From Okeania sp. (GTDB lineage Bacteria; Cyanobacteriota; Cyanobacteriia; Cyanobacteriales; Microcoleaceae), in NCBI RefSeq assembly GCF_035285525.1, contig NZ_JAYKGW010000056.1:1-19698 (forward strand): a stretch of 19,698 nucleotides of DNA, in the 5' to 3' direction. The position numbers and the translations under genes were made by a program. The notes beneath the pieces are model-generated. The model did no database searches, had not been told where the DNA came from, and was given only the letters and a program-made list of their open reading frames with translations. Each line of letters begins with the position of its first letter. Within the stretch, counting starts at the first letter, position 1. Of this stretch, positions 15,961-19,698 are shown piece after piece.

Positions 15961-16181
15961 CCCCTACAGTTTTTGCTCACAAATTATTACCAAAAAAGAG
16001 GTATCAAGCCTCCCCTGGTTCGGGGATGAAAAAAATTTTAACACGGTTCCCGGTAAATCAGTATTTCAAGCCTCCGACTAAATTTGGAGGTTTGTTCTCT
16101 ACTGATAACTGATAACTGAAATGACCTAAATACCAAAGGGTTTAGAAATAAAACCCCTACAGTCTTTGCTCACAAATTATT
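15961..16181. repeat. Pair of 28-nt direct repeats (27/28) bracketing a ~165-nt segment that contains two caagcctcc-hairpins and a ctgataactgataactgaaatgac repeat
   Basis: cccctacagtttttgctcacaaattatt at 15961-15988 compares with cccctacagtctttgctcacaaattatt at 16154-16181. Hairpins are tcccc-tggttc-gggga (16011-16026) and agcctcc-N10-ggaggtt (16069-16092). The 24-nt actgataactgataactgaaatgac at 16102-16125 is identical to 4066-4089. Confidence 0.8.
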
Positions 16182-16427
16182 TCTTATGGCTTACGCAAAG
16201 CCTAACTAAACTGTATTGAGTTATACAGCGCTTTCCATTTAAGTAAACTAACCGAGATTAATTGAATACATCAATTATTTCTTACTCCTCACTCCGTATT
16301 TTTATTAATATCCTTAATCAGATTCTAATGGTACAATCAAAAAAAACATATTAAACCAGGATAACAATTATATTAGGTGGATAGTAAAACTGGAAATTGG
16401 ACAAAAGCAACCGAACTAAATTCTACT

Positions 16428-17159
16428 ATGAAACTCAAGTTCGCAGGCATTACCGATACAGGGAGCGTTCGCTCAGTTAATCAAGATTCCTACTACATAG
16501 AGCCAGAAGGACAATTTTTTATTGTTGCTGATGGTATGGGAGGACACGCAGGTGGCCAAGAAGCTAGTAGAATTGCTACAGAAGTAATTAAAAATTACCT
16601 CCTTAATCATTGGCAGGATGGTATAACATCATTCCAGCTATTAGAAGATGCCTTTATTCAAGCCAATCAAGCTATTATAGATGACCAGCAAGAACATCTA
16701 GAACGTTCAGATATGGGTACAACGGCAGTGGTGGCTATCTTCCGAAAACAAGAACCTTGGTGTGCTAATGTGGGAGACTCTCGCCTCTATCGACTTCGAG
16801 GACAAATATTAGAACAAATTACAGAAGACCAAACTTGGGTAGCTCAAGCAGTGAGAAGTAATGCTATAACTCCAGAGCAAGCTAAAAATCATCCTTGGCG
16901 TCATGTACTTTCCCAATGTCTGGGTAGAGAAGATATGGGAAAAGTAGACCTCTTACCTCTAGATGTTCAACCGGGCGATCGCCTTTTACTCTGTAGTGAT
17001 GGATTGACAGAAGAGTTATCTGATAAAATTATTGCTCTTATTTTAAGTTCCGATCAAGATAGTGAAGCTATAGCTGAAGAATTAGTAGATTCTGCTAAGA
17101 AGAAAGGAGGCCGTGATAATATTACAGTTCTCGTTATTGCTGTGGAAATAGAACAATGA
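16428..17159 (+). CDS. PP2C-family (PPM) serine/threonine protein phosphatase
   Basis: Motifs [38 protein letters not shown] and GGRDNITV are present. The ORF track begins at a GTG at 16377. The ATG at 16428 gives the canonical family N-terminus ([12 protein letters not shown]). Confidence 0.92.
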   Translation: MKLKFAGITDTGSVRSVNQDSYYIEPEGQFFIVADGMGGHAGGQEASRIATEVIKNYLLNHWQDGITSFQLLEDAFIQANQAIIDDQQEHLERSDMGTTAVVAIFRKQEPWCANVGDSRLYRLRGQILEQITEDQTWVAQAVRSNAITPEQAKNHPWRHVLSQCLGREDMGKVDLLPLDVQPGDRLLLCSDGLTEELSDKIIALILSSDQDSEAIAEELVDSAKKKGGRDNITVLVIAVEIEQ

Positions 17160-18382
17160 CTATAGTTATTGGTTTAATTAGTGGTACTTCGGTGGATGGG
17201 ATAGATGCTGTTTTGGTTGATGTTACTGGCTATCGAATAGATTTACAAGTTCAACTTCTCGCAGCAACTACATACCCTTATTCAGAAAATTTACGTTCTC
17301 AAATTCTAGATGTTTGTAGCGGTGCTTCTCTCTCAATGCCAGAATTTGCTGAACTTGATGATGCTATTGCCCAAGAATTTGCCACCGCAGCATTGACAAT
17401 TAGTCAAAAATATGGTATTAAAGCACAATTAATTGGTTCCCACGGTCAAACAGTTTACCATCGTCCACCTTCTCAACAATTGGGTTATAGTCTACAGTTA
17501 GGCCGTGGTGAAGTAATTGCTAATTTAACGGGAGTTACTACTATTAGTAATTTTCGGGCTGCCGATATTGCTGCAGGTGGGGAGGGTGCGCCTTTAGTTC
17601 CTTGTGTGGATGTTTATTTATTAAGTCATCCAGAATATACTCGCTGTATACAAAATTTGGGTGGCATTGGTAATGTTACTTATCTAAAAATTCAAAATTC
17701 ATTTGAAAGTCAAAATTCAAAAGTCAAAATTCAAAAGTTAGAAGTTTCTGAAAGTCAAAAAGAGAAGGAATTAGTAACAAGTTTAACTTCTTCTCAAGCA
17801 GTTTTAGGCTGGGATACAGGACCGGGCAATACACTATTAGATTTAGCAGTAGAGCATCTTTCTCAAGGAAGTAAAACTTATGATAAAAATGGAGAATGGG
17901 CAGCTAGTGGAGAACCATGTCAAGAGTTAGTAGAAGCATGGTTAAAACAAGATTTTTTTCAACAGAAACCTCCTAAGTCTACAGGTAGAGAATTATTTGG
18001 CAAAAACTATTTATTTAATTGTCTTACTGATGCAGAAAAATATAATTTAAGTGCTGCTGATATATTAGCAACTTTGACAGAATTAACGGCAGCTTCGATT
18101 AATCATAGCTATAGAAATTTCTTGCCAAGTTTGCCTGACCAAATATTATTATCTGGCGGTGGTTGCCATAATTTATATTTGAAAGAAAGAATAGAAAAAT
18201 TATTAGCACCAATACCAGTAATAACCACTGCTGAAGTTGGTGTGGATGTAGATTTTAAAGAAGCAATAGCTATGGCAGTTTTAGGTTATTGGCATTCTTT
18301 AGAAATTCCCTGTAATTTACCAGAAGTTACAGGAGCAAAAACTAAAGTTATGTTAGGAGAAATTCATCGTTGGAACACTTAA
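17156..18382 (+). CDS. anmK: Anhydro-N-acetylmuramic acid kinase
   Basis: Family signatures are the N-terminal [17 protein letters not shown], plus [15 protein letters not shown] and SGGGCHN. The ATG overlaps the PP2C stop (ATGA at 17156-17159). The protein contains a low-complexity insertion at about 17687-17797. Confidence 0.95.
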   Translation: MTIVIGLISGTSVDGIDAVLVDVTGYRIDLQVQLLAATTYPYSENLRSQILDVCSGASLSMPEFAELDDAIAQEFATAALTISQKYGIKAQLIGSHGQTVYHRPPSQQLGYSLQLGRGEVIANLTGVTTISNFRAADIAAGGEGAPLVPCVDVYLLSHPEYTRCIQNLGGIGNVTYLKIQNSFESQNSKVKIQKLEVSESQKEKELVTSLTSSQAVLGWDTGPGNTLLDLAVEHLSQGSKTYDKNGEWAASGEPCQELVEAWLKQDFFQQKPPKSTGRELFGKNYLFNCLTDAEKYNLSAADILATLTELTAASINHSYRNFLPSLPDQILLSGGGCHNLYLKERIEKLLAPIPVITTAEVGVDVDFKEAIAMAVLGYWHSLEIPCNLPEVTGAKTKVMLGEIHRWNT

Positions 18383-18384
18383 CT

Positions 18385-18419
18385 GGGAATAGGGAACAGG
18401 GAATAGGAGAATAATAATA
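18385..18419. repeat. Heptanucleotide array (GGGAATA/GGGAACA) starting 3 nt after the anmK stop
   Basis: Read directly as gggaata gggaaca gggaata ggagaat aataata. Confidence 0.85.
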
Positions 18420-18520
18420 GTTAATCAATCTAATTTGTAATTAATTTTCCATAGGTGCTTACCATAGTAAATTATTTTTTCACAACTAATTATTTATTTA
18501 ATAGGAGAGGCTTTCAACAA

Positions 18521-19019
18521 ATGAATAATACCGATTATTTTAAAAGACTATCTCAATATAATTATTGGATGAATGAAAAAATTTATCTAGTTTGTGAATA
18601 AATACCAGATGCAGAATATTGGGAAGATGCAAGGAGCATTTTTTAATTCTATTCATGGTACACTTAACTATATTTTATTAGCAGATAAACTATGGTTAAG
18701 TCGGTTTAAAAATTATACTTTTGAAATAGAATCATTAAGACAAAAGTTAATTGCTGAATTTGATTTATTGTGGGAATAACTTCAAAAAACTGATGGAGAA
18801 ATTCAGAATTATATTGATTCATTAACAAAGGAAAAGTTAGCAAAATATTTAACCTTTATAAGTACGTCTCAACAACGAAAATGCACATTTCCATTGTGGC
18901 ATTCACTACTTCACTTTTTCAACCATCAAACCCATCATCGCGGTGAACTTACTACTTGAATTAGTCAATGTGGTAAAGATTTTGGAGTTACAGATTTATT
19001 GTGGTTGCTAGAAGTATAA
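18521..19019 (+). pseudogene. DinB-family (DinB/YfiT-like metal-dependent fold) pseudogene
   Basis: The ATG at 18521 follows an aggagagg RBS, and the reading frame MNNTDYFKRLSQYNYWMNEKIYLVCE hits TAA at 18599. Homology continues as IPDAEYWED and then shifts frame near 18626-18640 into QGAFFNSIHGTLNYILLADKLWLSRF (the track ORF 18594-18779). A TAA at 18777 and a TGA at 18958 interrupt the conserved HFFNHQTHHRGELTT*ISQCGKDFGVTDLLWL. The natural stop is at 19017-19019. Confidence 0.85.
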
Positions 19020-19158
19020 TTTTTAACAATTAATAATTAATAATTACCTTTTCTAATATTCTACTATAAATATTTATAGAAAGTTAATTAACTAGCTCTA
19101 AGTTATCTATCACTATGGAGAAATAAAATTGAGCGATCGCTACTTTTACCAATTTCTC

Positions 19159-19252
19159 AACTATTGTACAACAGTTTAATTAATGAGTCAGGTATTAGAA
19201 CCTTTAACAGTTTATCGAAAATTTAAAACTATTGTACAACAGTTTAATTAAT
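19159..19252. repeat. Two exact 26-nt direct repeats (19159-19184 and 19227-19252), each containing an 18-bp near-palindrome aactattgtacaacagtt
   Basis: aactattgtacaacagtttaattaat occurs twice, 68 nt apart. The palindrome is centred on TGTACA with 8 of 9 symmetric pairs. A partial third copy, aacagttta, is at 19206-19214. Confidence 0.85.
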
Positions 19253-19323
19253 AAGCAAAGTATGAGACATAGAATCTGAGGTTTAGCTTTTAAATCATCA
19301 GCTAATTTCCCAAAGCTAGATAT

Positions 19324-19570
19324 AGCTTGCTGAATAAGTCTTTTAGTTAAGAATAGGAGTCAGAATCCAGAATCGGTGAATCCAGAAATCAGGGAAATTA
19401 TAGAGGAGGTAGTCAGAATAATTCTCCCTTGACTTTCTGTCCCTTTCTCTTACCCAAAATGAACTCCTTTTTGACCATAAAGAGCTGAAAACTAGGTACT
19501 TTTTTCAGACATAAAAAGGCTAAAACCTTTATATATCAATTTTTTTAGATTTAATCCGCAAACCCTAGAT
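19324..19570. mobile_element. Degenerate MITE-like element of the same family as 6729-6996
   Basis: Its interior is similar to 6750-6860. The right end ccgcaaaccctagat carries the complement of the agggtttgc TIR core, and the left end is diverged (agcttgctgaataagtc). There is no ORF. Confidence 0.55.
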
Positions 19571-19698
19571 CAGAATAAATATTAGAAACAATCTGAAAAT
19601 AATTATCCTGAAGTAATTATTCTATTCAACCTTTTGCTTTTGCCGTTACCTTCTGAATATATTGGATAATTAGTTCAAAATTACTTCTAATTTCTCCT

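Noticed and set aside
16377-16427. GTG start at 16377 for the PP2C phosphatase
   Set aside because: The ATG at 16428 yields the canonical PP2C N-terminus immediately before the GxTDxG motif. The 17-aa extension has no support.
18594-18779. 61-aa ORF called as an independent CDS
   Set aside because: It is the middle fragment of the DinB-family pseudogene. Its GTG start is an artefact of the frameshift.

Overview
This is an AT-rich cyanobacterial chromosomal segment. It has nine exact HIP1 octamers GCGATCGC (224, 1274, 6142, 9502, 13611, 14762, 16975, 19133 and one more within dapL-flanking DNA) and many heptanucleotide STRR-type repeats. Eight confident CDSs cover about 60% of the window (11,820 of 19,698 nt by my coordinates). 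They are LL-diaminopimelate aminotransferase (dapL), a secreted metallophosphoesterase, a NodB polysaccharide deacetylase fused to a DUF2233/phosphodiester-glycosidase-like domain, a small glycine-zipper membrane protein, an ABC1/UbiB-family kinase, a TreS-maltokinase fusion, and a PP2C phosphatase whose stop overlaps the start of anhydro-MurNAc kinase (anmK). A DinB-family gene near the 3' end is a pseudogene with three in-frame stops and one frameshift. The other ~40% is gene-poor and full of repeats. These include a perfect 95-bp tandem repeat, a ~310-bp higher-order tandem repeat with covarying hairpins, at least four MITE-like families with terminal inverted repeats, small GGCAAGATGCC-type hairpins, and heptamer arrays lying against CDS boundaries. 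The low coding density and repeat load resemble Trichodesmium-type genomes; that is an inference, not verified. I found no tRNA, rRNA, CRISPR/cas, transposase, reverse transcriptase or toxin-antitoxin genes, and no coherent multi-gene novel system. The most unusual signals are non-coding or sit at the junction of repeats and genes. Repeat elements supply the stop codon and last residues of two genes. A heptamer repeat has expanded in frame inside anmK. A pair of ~190-220-bp elements with split half-site modules lies between the ABC1 kinase and treS. Tandem-repeat hairpins show compensatory substitutions that suggest a structured RNA.
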